Shown here piece after piece: positions 27,798 to 40,834 of a stretch of 64,000 nt of DNA (position 1 is the stretch's first letter; every line of letters begins with the position of its first letter). Made by a program: the position numbers and the translations under genes. The notes under the pieces were generated by a model that worked only from the letters and a program-made list of their open reading frames with translations, ran no database searches and was not told where the DNA came from. This DNA comes from Octopus vulgaris (Eukaryota). The stretch is from the NCBI GenBank assembly GCA_951406725.2, contig OX597822.1, positions 55,304,001 to 55,368,000 on the forward strand, given 5' to 3'.

Positions 27798-28695
27798 TCA
27801 GTAGTCTTATTTTTATAACGTGCTTTCACTTCACTACCGAGCGCAGCTCTGTGTGCCTTGGGTATGTGTTGTGATTTGTTGTGATGCTCTAATGGTTATT
27901 GTATTGAAAGTGTTCTGCGTAGGATGTGTACGGTGCCTAGTAGTGCAATTTTCTGTATGTTATATGGGTTTGTAAGTCCTGGTGTTTTTGTTATGTATTT
28001 GTCTGAATATTTTTTATCATACCTAATGCACCTACTATGATAGGAATTGTTTCTGTTTTTAGATTCCACATTCGAGTTACCTCTATTTCCAGGTCATGTA
28101 TTTTGAAAGTTTCTCCATTTCTTTTAGAGACACGTTGTCATCTGCTGGTATTGATACATCAATTAGAGAGCATTTTTTTCTTCATGATCTCTGACAACTA
28201 TATCTGGTCTGTTGGCCTTAATTTCTCTATCTGTGTGTATTGGCATATCCCAGAGTATGGTTGCTTTCTCGTTTTCTGTGACCTTTTCTGGTGTGTGCCT
28301 ATACCATCTTTTTTCTGTTGTTATTCCATTGGCATAGCTTCCAGTGTATGTAGGTCCCAACTCTGTCGTGTCTGTGAATATATTCCTTCTTAGCCAGGAC
28401 TGGGCAGCCAGAGATAATATGATTTATTGCTTCTTGTCCATCTCCACATATTCTGCAGTTACTTGTTATATTTCTTTTCATTACATGTTTTTGGTAATTT
28501 CTGGTGGGGAGGCTTTGGTCTTGTGCTGCAATTAAAAATACCTCTGTCTCTGCTTTGAGTCCTGAGCTTCTCAACCATTGCTGGGATTTTTCTTTGTCTA
28601 TTTCTTTTGCATTTAGTTTGGTCCAGTATTTGCCATGAAGGGGCATTTCTTGCCATCGTTTTATCATGGTTCGTTGCTGTTCTAGTTTTATTCTA
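27797..28695 (-). mobile_element. 5'-truncated R4/Dong-like non-LTR retrotransposon (zinc knuckle + restriction-like endonuclease)
   Basis: CRICGDGQEAINHIISGC (CCHC), RHDRV, ILWDMPIHTDREIKANRPDIVV (RLE PD motif), with frameshifts. (ATT)n arrays flank both sides. Confidence 0.88.
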
Positions 28696-28788
<93 letters not shown>

Positions 28789-28807
28789 ATTATTATTTCA
28801 TATCCTA

Positions 28808-29420
28808 AGGCGGCGAGCTGGCAGAAACGTTAGCACGCCGGGCAAAATACCAAGCGGTATTTCGTCGTTACGTTCTGAGTTCAAATTCCGCCGAGGTCGA
28901 CTTTGCCTTTCATCCTTTCGGGGTCGATAAATTAAGTACCAGTTACGCACTGGTGTCGATGTAATCGACTTAATACCTATGTCTGTCCTTGTTTGGCCCC
29001 TTGTGGGTAATAAAGAAATAGGTATTTCGTCTGTCTTTACGTTCAATTCAAATTCCGCTGAGGTCGATTTTGCCATTAATCTCATTCGGGATCGATAAAA
29101 TAAGTACCAGTTGGACTCTGGATTCGATTTAATCTATTTAATCTCTCTTTCGAAACTGCTAGCCTTGTGCCAAAATTTGAAATCAATATTAAGACTAATA
29201 AAGGCAGCGAGGTAGCAGAATCGTTAGCACACCGAGCAAAATGCTTAGCGGTGTTTCGTCTGTCTTTATGTTCTGAGTTCAAATTCCGCCGAGATCGACT
29301 TTGCCCTTCATCCTTTCAGGATCGATAAAATAAGTACCAGTTGAGCACTGGGGTCGATGTAATCGATTTAACCCCTCCCCCAAAATTGTTGGCCTTGTAC
29401 CATAATTTGAAACCAACATT
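28808..29420 (+). mobile_element. SINE family 4 cluster
   Basis: Composite copy with junction at 29020/29021, followed by another copy from ~29202. Confidence 0.85.
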
Positions 29421-29501
29421 TCAGTGTGGATTACTTCAAATTTGAAGTATTTCTAGTTCTTAAAATGAAATCTCATCTCTCTGAATCAGTATTTGTAATG
29501 T

Positions 29502-29809
29502 TTTTGTTTTTTTTGCGCCCTTTTCAAGCCTAGCCAGGCTCATGGGCCCGGTTTCCCAGTTTCTGTGGCGTATGTGTTCCCCCCAGCTGGACGGGACGCC
29601 AGTCCATCGCAGCGTTACCCAAGAAACGGGAAGAAACAGTGAGAGAAAGTTGGGGCGAAAGAGTACAACAGGGGTCGCCACCATCCGCTGCCGGAGCCTC
29701 GTGGAGCTTTTAGGTGTTTTCACTCAATAAACACACACAACGACCGGTCTGGGAATCGAAACCGCGATCCTCCGACCGTGAGTCCGCTGCCCTAACCACT
29801 GGGCCATTG
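29502..29809 (-). mobile_element. SINE family 2
   Basis: Near-identical to 9568-9887; TSD ATTTGTAATGTT. Confidence 0.88.
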
Positions 29810-30159
29810 ATTTGTAATGTTACATATTTGCAATGTTACATTTGTTCCCTATTAGAGACTGCCAGAGATTGTCGAACCTAACATTTGTAATGACTATAAG
29901 AAAGGATTTGACTGTGTGATCATCATGAATATGGAGACCGTAGTGCAAAACTGCTTCTTTCTATCATTGGTGTAGTTAGTGTGTACCACCTGGGGCAGCC
30001 CTTAAGCTGGCTTCTCTACCCCTTATACAGATGTATACAGCAGAGCCGCCAAAAGGTAGCCCCGGCCTTCTCAGTAAAAGCGCCGCTAGGAGCGGACCGC
30101 CCATTGCTTACCACCCATCATACCTCCGCTGCTGGTTTCTATGGCACTGAGTAGTGATT

Positions 30160-30425
30160 ATTTATTTCTTTATTACCCACAAGGGGCTAAACATAGAGGG
30201 GAGAAACAAGGACAAAGGGTTTCAGTCGATTACTGATACTTATTGTCCCCCTACATGGCCTTGCTTTTTGAGCCAAAAAATTAACTAACTAACTATTTAA
30301 TCGACCTCGAAAGGATGAAAGGCTAAGTCGACCTCGGCGGAATTTGAACTCAGAACGTAACGGCAGACGAAATACCGCTAGGCATTTCGCCCGGCGTACT
30401 AACGATTCTGCCAGCTCACCGCCGT
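30160..30425 (-). mobile_element. SINE family 4
   Basis: Head and B-type tail; TGAGTAGTGATTA near both sides. Confidence 0.8.
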
Positions 30426-31446
30426 TCTAAGGTATTGAGTAGTGATTATAGCCTATGTTGTCATGTCCGAGTGAATATATTTGGTGCTTGATCTCATGGA
30501 AGTTCTGCATGACTAGCTTAAAGTATCTTGGCTACGCCTTGAAGACGCTTCAGTGTACACTGTTAACGAAGAGTGAAGGGTGGGAAGGGTGCAGCCATTT
30601 AAGCAACAGTGTATGTAGTAAGAAGAAATATCAAATAGGTCAGTTACGCATAAGTGTTGGCTGACGGATAAATAACCGAACTTAGAGTAACAATAGAGCT
30701 GAAAAATGCGTGTTATAGAAAACCCTAACCTGAGAGGAGCATTCCGACTATAGAGAAACGAGATGGATTGAAGCTATATATTGGAGTAGGTCGTATTCAT
30801 ATTTGGTGGTCCAGATACTGAACGACTTTCTCTTGAGTTTTCAGAGTGAACTGATGAATTTAGTGCTCGATTAATTTATAGATTGAATTCTACTCTATAT
30901 AACTTACCGCTATAGCCACAAGACCTGCAATGTTTGGAAGGACAGTGCTCAAATCGTACTTATTTTATCGACATTAAAAGGAATTTGATCTCAGAACATA
31001 AAGCCCGAAGAAACGCTGCTGAGTTGATTCTGCCAGCTCGTCATCCTCATTTCTTCCTTTGTAACATTGTGGACTGAATTAACGTGAGATTAGAGTCCTG
31101 GTGATAAGCACTAACACCTACCTTTACGCGTGTTTTTTTCAATAGATCCGGTCAAGCAAAGAAAAACTTGATGTTTTGCATTCCTTTGTAGAACAAAGTA
31201 ATCTGAAACCGCTTTATCATAGTCGGGTTACCACCCTACCGTATCTGTTATCTATGAAGATCGAGTTATAATAGAAAAACGATCAGCACATACATACATA
31301 CATACATACATACATACATACATACATACATACATACATACATACATACATACATACATACATACATACATACATACATACATACATACATAGCATATTA
31401 TATCGGTAGACATGCGCGTGTGCAAACACACACACACTCACACACA

Positions 31447-31500
<54 letters not shown>

Positions 31501-31527
31501 CATTTAGACACACACACAATAATAATA

Positions 31528-32096
31528 TCGGGTTGTCCGGAAAGTTCGTGCCGATTTATAAAAGCTTACCTTTCGACTTATTTTTAGAACATGGTTGAAT
31601 CCATAAAATAGAACTTGACTACACCTCCATTTAAAGCACAGTTTAAGCTATCTTTTCGTGGAAGAAGATTTATGTTCCTATAACCTGTGTTAATTTTGTA
31701 ACCCTTTAAAATGGAAGATAAGAAAGTTCATTTTCGGCATTTGATGCATTGGGAACAAGACAAAAATTGCTGCAGCTCGACTGGAATGTGTTACCCCAGC
31801 CTCCATATTCACCAGATATTGCTCCTTCGGATTTCCACTTATTCAGGTCTCTGCAGAATAGTCTTAATGGTAAAAATTTCAATTCCTTGGATGACGTAAA
31901 AAGATACCATGATGAATTCTTTGCCATGAAACCACCTCAGTTCTGGGAAGAGGATATTTTCAAGTTAAAGGAAAGATGGGGACGCGTTGTGCAACAAAAT
32001 GGTTCATATTTGGTTGATTAAAAATGTAATGGCAAGTGTCTATTGACCTTTTTCTTTTTTTTTAAAAAGTCGGCACGCAATTTCCGGACAACCCAA
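31528..32096 (+). mobile_element. Internally deleted mariner (mellifera-subfamily-like)
   Basis: TA-flanked TIRs TCGGGTTGTCCGGAAAGTTCGTGCCGA / TCGGCACGCAATTTCCGGACAACCCAA. N-terminus MEDKKVHFRHLM is fused out of frame to the C-terminus ...WNVLPQPPYSPDIAPSDFHLFRSLQNSL... Confidence 0.92.
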
Positions 32097-32253
32097 TAGT
32101 TATAACTACTTCTAAGAGAAAGAGAAATCAATAGATGTGAAAGAATATAAAAATGATTGAAGAAATTGAAAGTACAATCAATCACAGTTCATAATATGTT
32201 TATCAGAGACTTGCTGACGTCATCAATCCTTGACAGCTTCCCGTAGACAACGT

Positions 32254-35106
32254 TGTAATGAAAGTGAACTTACGTTAAGATATGCACACAAAGTATGACG
32301 TCACGTGAATTTGAACTCAGAACGTAACGGCAGACATACCGCTAGGCATTTCGCCCGGTGTGCTAACGTTCCTGCCAGCATAGTATTGGCTGCGCTCTGT
32401 GTCATGTCAGAAGAGGGATTGGATAATCACCCGAATGAATTAGATAAGAAGCCCGAATCAGCTTAATCTCGAAGGCAACATAGCCGAGAAATGGAAACAG
32501 CAGCTACAAAGGTTTGAACTTTACCTTAAGGCTAGCGGAATCGCAGCTAAATCACAGTGTGAAGTGTGCTGCTCTACTACACGTGGCGGGAGAAGCTGCA
32601 ATTCAAGTGTATAACTCTTTTGAGTGGAGTGAGGAAGCGGACAGCAAGAATTACGACAAAGTGAAGCAAAAGTTTCAGGAACTTTGTGAACCTAAGAAAA
32701 ATCTGACGATTCAGAGACATACATGTTTCACACGATCTCAGAAACCAGCTGAGACAACTGATCAGTATGTAACAAATTTTAAAAATAAATCTAGAACTTG
32801 TGAATTTGGGACATTGAATGATGGGATCATTAAAGATAGAATTGTCTTTGGAATTCCTAGAGATAACCTCAGCGTGCAGTTATCAAGAGAACATTATCTT
32901 GATTTGGAAAACAAAACTGTACAGATGTGTAAAGCTACAGAAATCAGTACACAGCAATTGAAAGTTCTTAATGATGAACAGTCGACCATATCTACAGATA
33001 TCAATGCCACGAATGCCAGTAGGGGTCCAACAAGAAAGTATTAACCTAAAGGTAGAACAGAAGACTACCCTCAGTGTAGACAGCGTGGTTACAAACATGC
33101 TAAAGATAAGTGTCCTGCTGCAGGAAAAGTTTGTGACAAATGCATTATGCCAGCATGCGTAAAACTAGAATACCATATAGGTATGACAGATAAGACATTA
33201 GAGAAAGAAAACGCAAACATTTTCACACTGTTGACAATTCTGAAGAAATTGAAGAATTTAAAGAATTATTCATTGGACAGATGAGCACCGATGAATACGA
33301 TGAAGACTGGTATGAGTCTTTATTAATCAACAAGAAACCAGTGCAAGTCAAACTGGATGCAGGTGCACAGTGCGATATCATTTCTAAATCAATGTTTGAC
33401 AGTTTGAATTTGAAGAATAAGGAACAGTCAAAATCAAAAGTGAAACTTATGTCATTCTTCGAAGAAAAGCGATTCCAACTTGGATAGATAGAACTATCAG
33501 TATCAAGTGAAATCAGAGGCACTTCGAATGAAATACTGTTCCAGGTTATGAAAGAAAACCGCCCAAGTATACTGGGAAGAAAAGCCTGTGAGAAATTGAA
33601 GTTGGTACAGTGAGTTCACAACATTCAGAAAGTGAAAACAGACATACTGGGAGAATATCCAGAACTTTTCCAAGGACTCAGATGCATGCCGGGAGAACAC
33701 CACATATAAACAGTGGACAAAATCACACCCGTGGTACACCCGCCGAGAAAAGTGCCTGCTGCTTTGGTAGACAAAGTGCAAGCAGAACTTGATCGAATGA
33801 CCTAGCTTGAAGTTATCGTCAAAGAGACTCAATTCACAAACTTGGGTAATAGCATGGTGACAGTAGTGAAACCAAACAAGGTTAGGATCTGTATAAACCT
33901 AAAAGATCTCAATCGTGCCATTAAAAGATAACATTATCCCATGAGAACTGCTGAGGATATTGCCACGAATGCCAGGTGCCAAGCTGTTCATCGTTCTTGA
34001 CGCAAACTCTCTATTTTGGCAGATGCAACTTGACCAAGGCGGCGAGCTGGTAAAAACGTTAGCACGCTGGGCGAAATGCTTAGCAGTATTTCGTCTACCG
34101 CTCCGTTCTGAGTTCAAATTCCGCCGTGGTCGAATTTGCCTATCATCCTTTCGGGGTCGATAAATTAAGTACCAGCTACGCACTTGAACTTTGGTCTAGA
34201 ATGGGACTTCAAACACACAGCATCAAATCCGACATACCCACAGTAAAACGGACAAGCTGAGCGCACAGTTCAGACTAAAAGATCTGCTCAAGGAAACAGA
34301 AGCTCGTGACCGAGATGTCTATTTAGCTCTATTTGAGTACAAAATTACACCGGTTGACATGGTCAGTCTATCACTAGCTCAAATGCTGGTGAGCAGGTGC
34401 CTGAAGAGTCGCCTATCTGTGTCCGATGCCTTGCTGAAACCTCAGGTACGGGAGCAGAAATAGCCACATGATCAGCTGAACGCACGTCAAGACAAGCAAA
34501 AGTTCTACTACGACAAAGGTAGTAGAGAGTTACCCCCCTTGAATCATGGACAGCAAGTCAGGATTCAAGAGAAGCAGTCATGAAAGCCTGGAGTTGTCAA
34601 ATCAGTTAATGACGCACCAAGATCCTGCAACATAAAGACGTTAGATGCAAGACAGTATCGACAAAATCGCCGTCATCTGTGGACAGCCGCTGAGAATCAA
34701 ACATTTCAGCCAAATGGAGAATGTGAACAAATTATGAACTGTGGTACAAATGAGTCTGAGACAACGGACCGGCGAAAAATCAACATGCCAGAGCAATATC
34801 GAGATTGATACCAAGAACTGTTGAATTCGAGAAGTGCTCCAAGAAAAGAGGGATTCATAAACAGTGTTAAATGTTGAATACCGCTAAGCATTTCGCCCGG
34901 CTTGCTAACATTTCTGCCAGCTCGCCGCCTTACTTTGTGTGTATATTGACCACAATTTCTCTTGCAATGTTAGTAAGGGAGGGAAATGTAATGAAAGCGA
35001 CTTGACGTTTCGAAGCTCAAACAAAGTGTGACGTCACGAGTTTATGATGTATGACGTAACTAATACGCATAGTAATGGCTGTGCCTGTGTAATGTCATAA
35101 TTTACA
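32254..35106 (+). mobile_element. Decayed Ty3/Gypsy LTR retrotransposon with ~120 bp LTRs
   Basis: LTRs start TGTAATGAAAG (32254, 34987). PPT AAGGGAGGGAAA; PBS remnant TGTCAGAAGAGGGATT (tRNA-Leu-like). Gag (LNLEGNIAEKWK...CEFG...IKDRIVFGI), protease KLDAGAQC, RT start (LDANSLFWQ), integrase tail (NGQAERTVQT). Flanks AACGT/ATCGT; many stops and frameshifts. Confidence 0.88.
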
Positions 35107-35186
35107 ATCGTGAAACACATAAACTAACAGTCACCTCCCTTGTCTTGACAATCACAAAGTGGAATTTCTACTACTTCAAATTAAAA

Positions 35187-36165
35187 GGTGGTGAGCTGGC
35201 AGAAATGTTAGCACGCCGGACGAAAATGCTTACCGGTATATCGTCTGTCCTTACATTCTGCGCTCAAATTCCACCGAGATCGACTTTGCCTTTCATCTTT
35301 TCGGGGTCGATAAATTAAGTACCAGTTGCGTACTGGAGTCGATCTAATCGACTGGCCCCACCTCCCTAAAAATTTCGGGCCTTATGCCTAGAGTAGAAAA
35401 GAAACGCTAGCACGCCGGGCGAAATGCTTAGCGGTATTTCGTCTGCCGTTATGTTCTGAGTTCAAATTCCGCCGAGGTCGACTTTGCCTCTTATCCTTTC
35501 GGGGTCGATTAAATAAGTACCAGTTACGCACTGGGGTCGATATAATCGACTTAATCCGCTTGTCTGTCCTTGTTTGTCCTCTCTGTGTTTAGCCCCTTGT
35601 GGGTGGTAAAGAAATAGAAATAGGTATTTCGTCTGCCGTTACGTTCTGAGTTCAAATTCCGCCGAGGTCGACTTTGCCTTTCATCCTTTCGGGGTCGATT
35701 AAATAAGTACCAGTTACGCACTGGGGTCGATATAATCGACTTAATCCGCTTGTCTGTCCTTGTTTGTCCTCTCTGTGTTTAGCCCCTTGTGGGTGGTAAA
35801 GAAATAGAAATAGGTATTTCGTCTGCCGTTACGTTCTGAGTTCAAATTCCGCCGAGGTCGACTTTGCCTTTCATCCTTTCGGGGTCGATTAAATAAGTAC
35901 CAGTTACGCACTGGGGTCGATATAATCGACTTAATCCGCTTGTCTGTCCTTGTTTGTCCTCTCTGTGTTTAGCCCCTTGTGGGTAGTAAAGAAATAGGTA
36001 TTTCATCTGTTCTTACGTTCTGCGTTCAAATTCCACCGAGGTCGACTTTACCTTTCATCTTTTCAGGGTCGATAAATTAAGTACCAGTTGCATACTGGAG
36101 TCGACCTAATCGATTGGCCCCTCCCCCAAAATTTCGGGCCTTGTGCCTAGAGTAGAAAAGAATAT
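35187..36165 (+). mobile_element. SINE family 4 tandem array
   Basis: GGTATTTC unit starts at 35433, 35623, 35813 and 35997 (periods 190, 190, 184); the B units are nearly identical. Confidence 0.92.
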
Positions 36166-36348
36166 TTAAAATTAATACCACATGTTTCTTCCACTACATG
36201 AACTAAAAAAAATTGCATTGAAGAACATACTTTAAATTTTATCAGCCGACAACAGCATAGACTGGTTAGTGAAATATGATTTTTCCTTTTTCTGTAAAGT
36301 TTCTGTAGTTAAAACATGCATTAATATCTATTCAGTGAATTGTGATTT

Positions 36349-36465
<117 letters not shown>

Positions 36466-36929
36466 ATGCGCAATACTCAGTTTCTGAAAGCTTGTACTAA
36501 TGCACATTAAAAAGGATAACACAGGAAAAACAAAGTGGAGGGGAAAAAGTTAGCATATATTCTTCTTTTATTCTTATTTATGCCTTAGTGTCACGTTGCA
36601 GAGGAATCTTCAAATCACACGCCACTGTCTTTTTTTTTTTTAATCCACTTCAGATAATATAAGACTAGATATACGAGCAGAACATCTTTCCTCAAATGGT
36701 CTGCTCGATGAGGATTAACCTGAGGCTTAACAACAAGTGAGGCAACAGTCTCTTTAATGAGTATTGCCTTTTCCTCAGTTAGAGTAACCTGTTGCTGTTT
36801 GTATTGCAGGCCATCTTCTTGCTGCTGTGAATGCCTGAAAAGGATGAGTTTTCTTGTTTGCTTCTTTTAGAAATGACTATTAGTAGATGCACATAAAGAA
36901 TTTAAGAGAGTATCTAATTGAAGAGGTGG

Positions 36930-37560
36930 GTATGAAAGTTTCGTAAACATTCTCGAGAAAATCCCGCTGACTAACAACTACCGGCTGGATTTCCCAGTTG
37001 TATCAATGTGGATTTGAACAATCAACATCAGATCATTCGGACTATATCTATATAAAATTTTGTAAGGTCATTGGATATGGACAGCGTTGGATGTCCTCAA
37101 TTTAGTATGTTTCCCTTGACAGATCATAAGTTTGTGATCTGCACCGCAGGCTTGGATGAACCTCAGAGACAAGTATCTGGCTATTAAAAATTGAGCGCTT
37201 TGAGCCCAGTGCAAAAGTTTACAATGACTGGATTAGTGTGTTAACAAATCGGGTGTTAATGGATGCAGTCGTCAACAACCCGTTATGAGTCTCTTTAAGG
37301 AAGCCCATTATAGAAGAATCGATAAGATTTGGTGAAGAACTAGTGACGGGAAAAATGTTATCAAAAGAGGAACTGGTAAGCAGATCAGAAATAGCTGTTA
37401 AAAAATTCCTCGAAACAAGTGAACTAGCGGCAAAAATGGAGCCAGGCTATTTCTTTCACTCAAAACATATAGGTTGCGTTGTCCAGGCTAATACACGCGC
37501 TTTTACATACGAGAAAGTGGAAGACGTTTAATTGGCCAAAACTGGAGAGGTGCGTCATAG
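36930..37560 (+). mobile_element. Tx1/L1-like LINE fragment (end of APE domain)
   Basis: DYI and TDHKFV motifs and GY*KL (GYWKLN-like); decayed. Confidence 0.5.
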
Positions 37561-38660
37561 AAACAAAACTACAATTCGGTTTTAACGAACCATGATTTAC
37601 AACTCCGATTCTGATGGTTTCATCTAGAACGTCATCCAGTTCGTGGAATAAATCGTTGAAAAATATAGGTTAAAAGTGGAGCTCTAATTAATTAAGATCA
37701 CCTTAATTGAATAGTGGTTAAGGTATTCGGCTGACGATCTTAAGGTCAGGAGTCCGATTTCGAATGAAAATAAATGCCGAGTTGCAATTAAAATTTGAAA
37801 TTTCTTGGTTTATAAAGTGGAGATAAAATCCTCTCATTTTAGGACGATAAGTATATAGAAATAATATTACAAATCACTAACACAAAAAGTACACACATTA
37901 TTTAACCAGCAATTTAATGATGGATAGATATAACAGCAGGCTTATGACATCTGCTGATATAATGGACCAAGGGAAATAACTCTAACATTAAGAGTTACTT
38001 CCTCTTACCAAGTAATATTCAAATTTCATATTCGAAATTTTCTCTGTTGCACCTTATGCGCCGATATTGACTAAATAAATCCCAGTAAGAAACTATGGAA
38101 TTTGATTAAATCAGTTACACACAGGCCTCTACGATCGTGTCCCATTACTTACTCGACTATTCATAAAATAATATAATACTTTCGTCGAGTAAATAAATAA
38201 ATAAAGAACACATACATATATGAATATACATAATCGCACAAAAGAACACCTATACATACAGAGATGCGCACACATAGACAAGCATGCATTGATATCCACA
38301 CACACACACGCACACATACACACATTTAAGCATATTCATGTGTCGACAAATATATGTGTACGTATGTATTTTTATTATTTAATCAACAGGAGTTACAAAG
38401 TAACACACAGTAACTTCTGCCGATTAAATAAAAAATATATATATTTACTCATGTTTTGAATAATTTTCCTGCTTGTATTTCCAAACTTTTATACGTGTAC
38501 ATAAATTTATGCTCACATATATATATACAATTGTACACAGAGTTATATTACATATATTCACTTGTATAAATACATACGTGCATGCATGCATGCATACATA
38601 CATACGTACGTACATACTTACGTACATACATACGTACATACATACATATATACATGCATA

Positions 38661-39183
38661 CCGTAAATCCTCGAGTATAGTCTGCCCATGAGTATAATAC
38701 GCAGGGGATTTTTAGGGGGCTGTACCTCTGAAAAACCTAAACCTTGTGTATAATACGCACCCCTTCCCTAACTTGAGTCAAGGAGGTCTGTATAACGTCC
38801 TTGGTTTGTAAAACTGTATACGGCAACGTCCTTTATTATTATTGTATATATAACATAATGCAAACGTGTAGCATTTTTGTGCATTTTTTTTTTTTTTTTT
38901 TTTGCAGAAAATAAAGAAATAACAGTAATAACGTTTAATAAATGTTGCTTACTGCGAATTATGGATGATTCTTTTATGACTTCATTGCTTTCAGGCTTAG
39001 CTTAAGGTATTTTCGCGACCGACATCACAAAATGCGTCTGAATAAACATTGCCGGACAGCAAATAGAGACTCGGACATTGCTTAGAAAATAATTTTCATT
39101 TTTAACCTCGTGTATAATACGCATTAGAGATTTTGACCTTTTAATTTTGGGGGAAAATGCGGATTATACTCGAGGATTTACGG
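38661..39183 (+). mobile_element. pogo-like MITE in a CATA/CATG microsatellite
   Basis: TA|CCGTAAATCCTCGAGTATA ... TATACTCGAGGATTTACGG|TA. Confidence 0.92.
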
Positions 39184-39384
39184 TATATACATGCATGCAT
39201 GCATGCATGCATGCATGCATGCATGCATGCATGCATGCATACATACATACATACATACATACATACATACATACATACATACATACATACATACATACAT
39301 ACATACATACATACATACATACATACATACATACATACATACATACATACATACATACATACATACATTGCAATTAGACAAAGT

Positions 39385-40810
39385 ATCACCATTATTTGTA
39401 GCTGCCATCAGCTACCTAACTAAAAACTGATGCACCTCATATTTTAGAGGCAATAAGGAAGACATCAGATCTAACGCTATACGCTTTGAAAAGGCCGTCC
39501 TTCAGAGTGATAGGTTGTCAGTACTACTCTGTACTCTCACTGGACACTCTGTTGCCTTCATCACAAAACAGCAGCTACAGATATGAGTTCTGTAACATCT
39601 CTCACCTTGTCTTTGTCCATTGGTAACCCGAAGTTGTATGGGGCAAATATTAACCATATGAAAAAGCAAATGGATGTCAACCCAATTCTCTAAAGACATT
39701 CGAATGAGATTTAATGATTCCACAAGTGCAGTTTTAGTGGTAAAATGCGACAAACTTGTACCTCATCCAAAACTCTAAGCATAACCGAGAAATGCAACCT
39801 CTACTCTATGAGGAAAGTTACAAATATCTTTGACAGGATGAAAATGTCGGCTATGACAGACCCATCAATAAGGGGAGGTGGAGAAATGAGTACCTCAAGA
39901 AGGTAAAAAAAATTATGGTTATCTGAATTCCCAGCTGGCCTTCTGAACTTATTACAACTAGAACTCAATGACATATATGTTTGAACTCACAAGCTGTTCA
40001 GTGTTACAGGAAACTTCGACATTTGAAGAGATGTAGAGAGGCTATATATCCCTCGTAAGGATTGGTGGCCGTGGTCTCAAATCTGTTTTGATGTCATATG
40101 AAGCACGTATTATGTCACTGAAGCAACAGCTAGGGCAGAGGAAAGAGATCAGTAACTATCTGACCCAAGTTTTTGACTATGGAATAAACAACACCATTAG
40201 GATTGCTAATGAACTTCAAGAAAGACATAAAATAAAAGCTGATATAGATCTCTACCCAAGAAGCATTGGTAAATTCTATCTAAAAAAAGAATAAATTTTT
40301 TAAAATGGACCAGTTTACTGATAAGATAATGCATGGGTACTTGATTCGAAGGACAAAAACCATAGTAGGAATTGATCATATCAAAAGCTTGACATGAAGT
40401 ACCAACAAGGTTATGAGACCCCACTTCGAAGGCTACCATCATGCAATTCATGAATACGAAGTGACAAACTTGTATCCGCATCCAAAACTCTAAACATAAC
40501 CGAGAAATGCAAGTATTTGCAACAAAAACATTAACAGACAACAAATGTAGACTGTGCAAAGCCATGACAGAAGACATCAACCTCATTATTGCCAAACTGC
40601 GAAAGAATGTCTTTCAGATATTATTTCCCCATTAGGCATGATGCGGTGGTCTGAACAGTCTGGAGCAGAATAACAAAAAAGAAAGCTTCGACGGCCAGAG
40701 TTGATTATATTGTGATCGATGGATCAAAAAAAAAAAAAAAAAAAAATATTGGTGGAACTTAAAAATTGAAACAGTCACCAAGTTGATACACAACCGGCCA
40801 GATGGGACCA
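39385..40810 (+). mobile_element. Older decayed R4/Dong-like non-LTR element
   Basis: DVERLYIPRK-GGRGLKS, CRLCKAMTEDINLII, RHDAVV and WWNLKIETVTKLIHNRPD motifs across frames. Confidence 0.7.
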
Positions 40811-40834
40811 CGGGTAAAAGATATGTTCGGTGTT

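Noticed and set aside
35433-36165. Regular direct repeats suggestive of a CRISPR array
   Set aside because: The units are 190-bp SINE bodies with no unique spacers and no cas genes, in a eukaryotic context.
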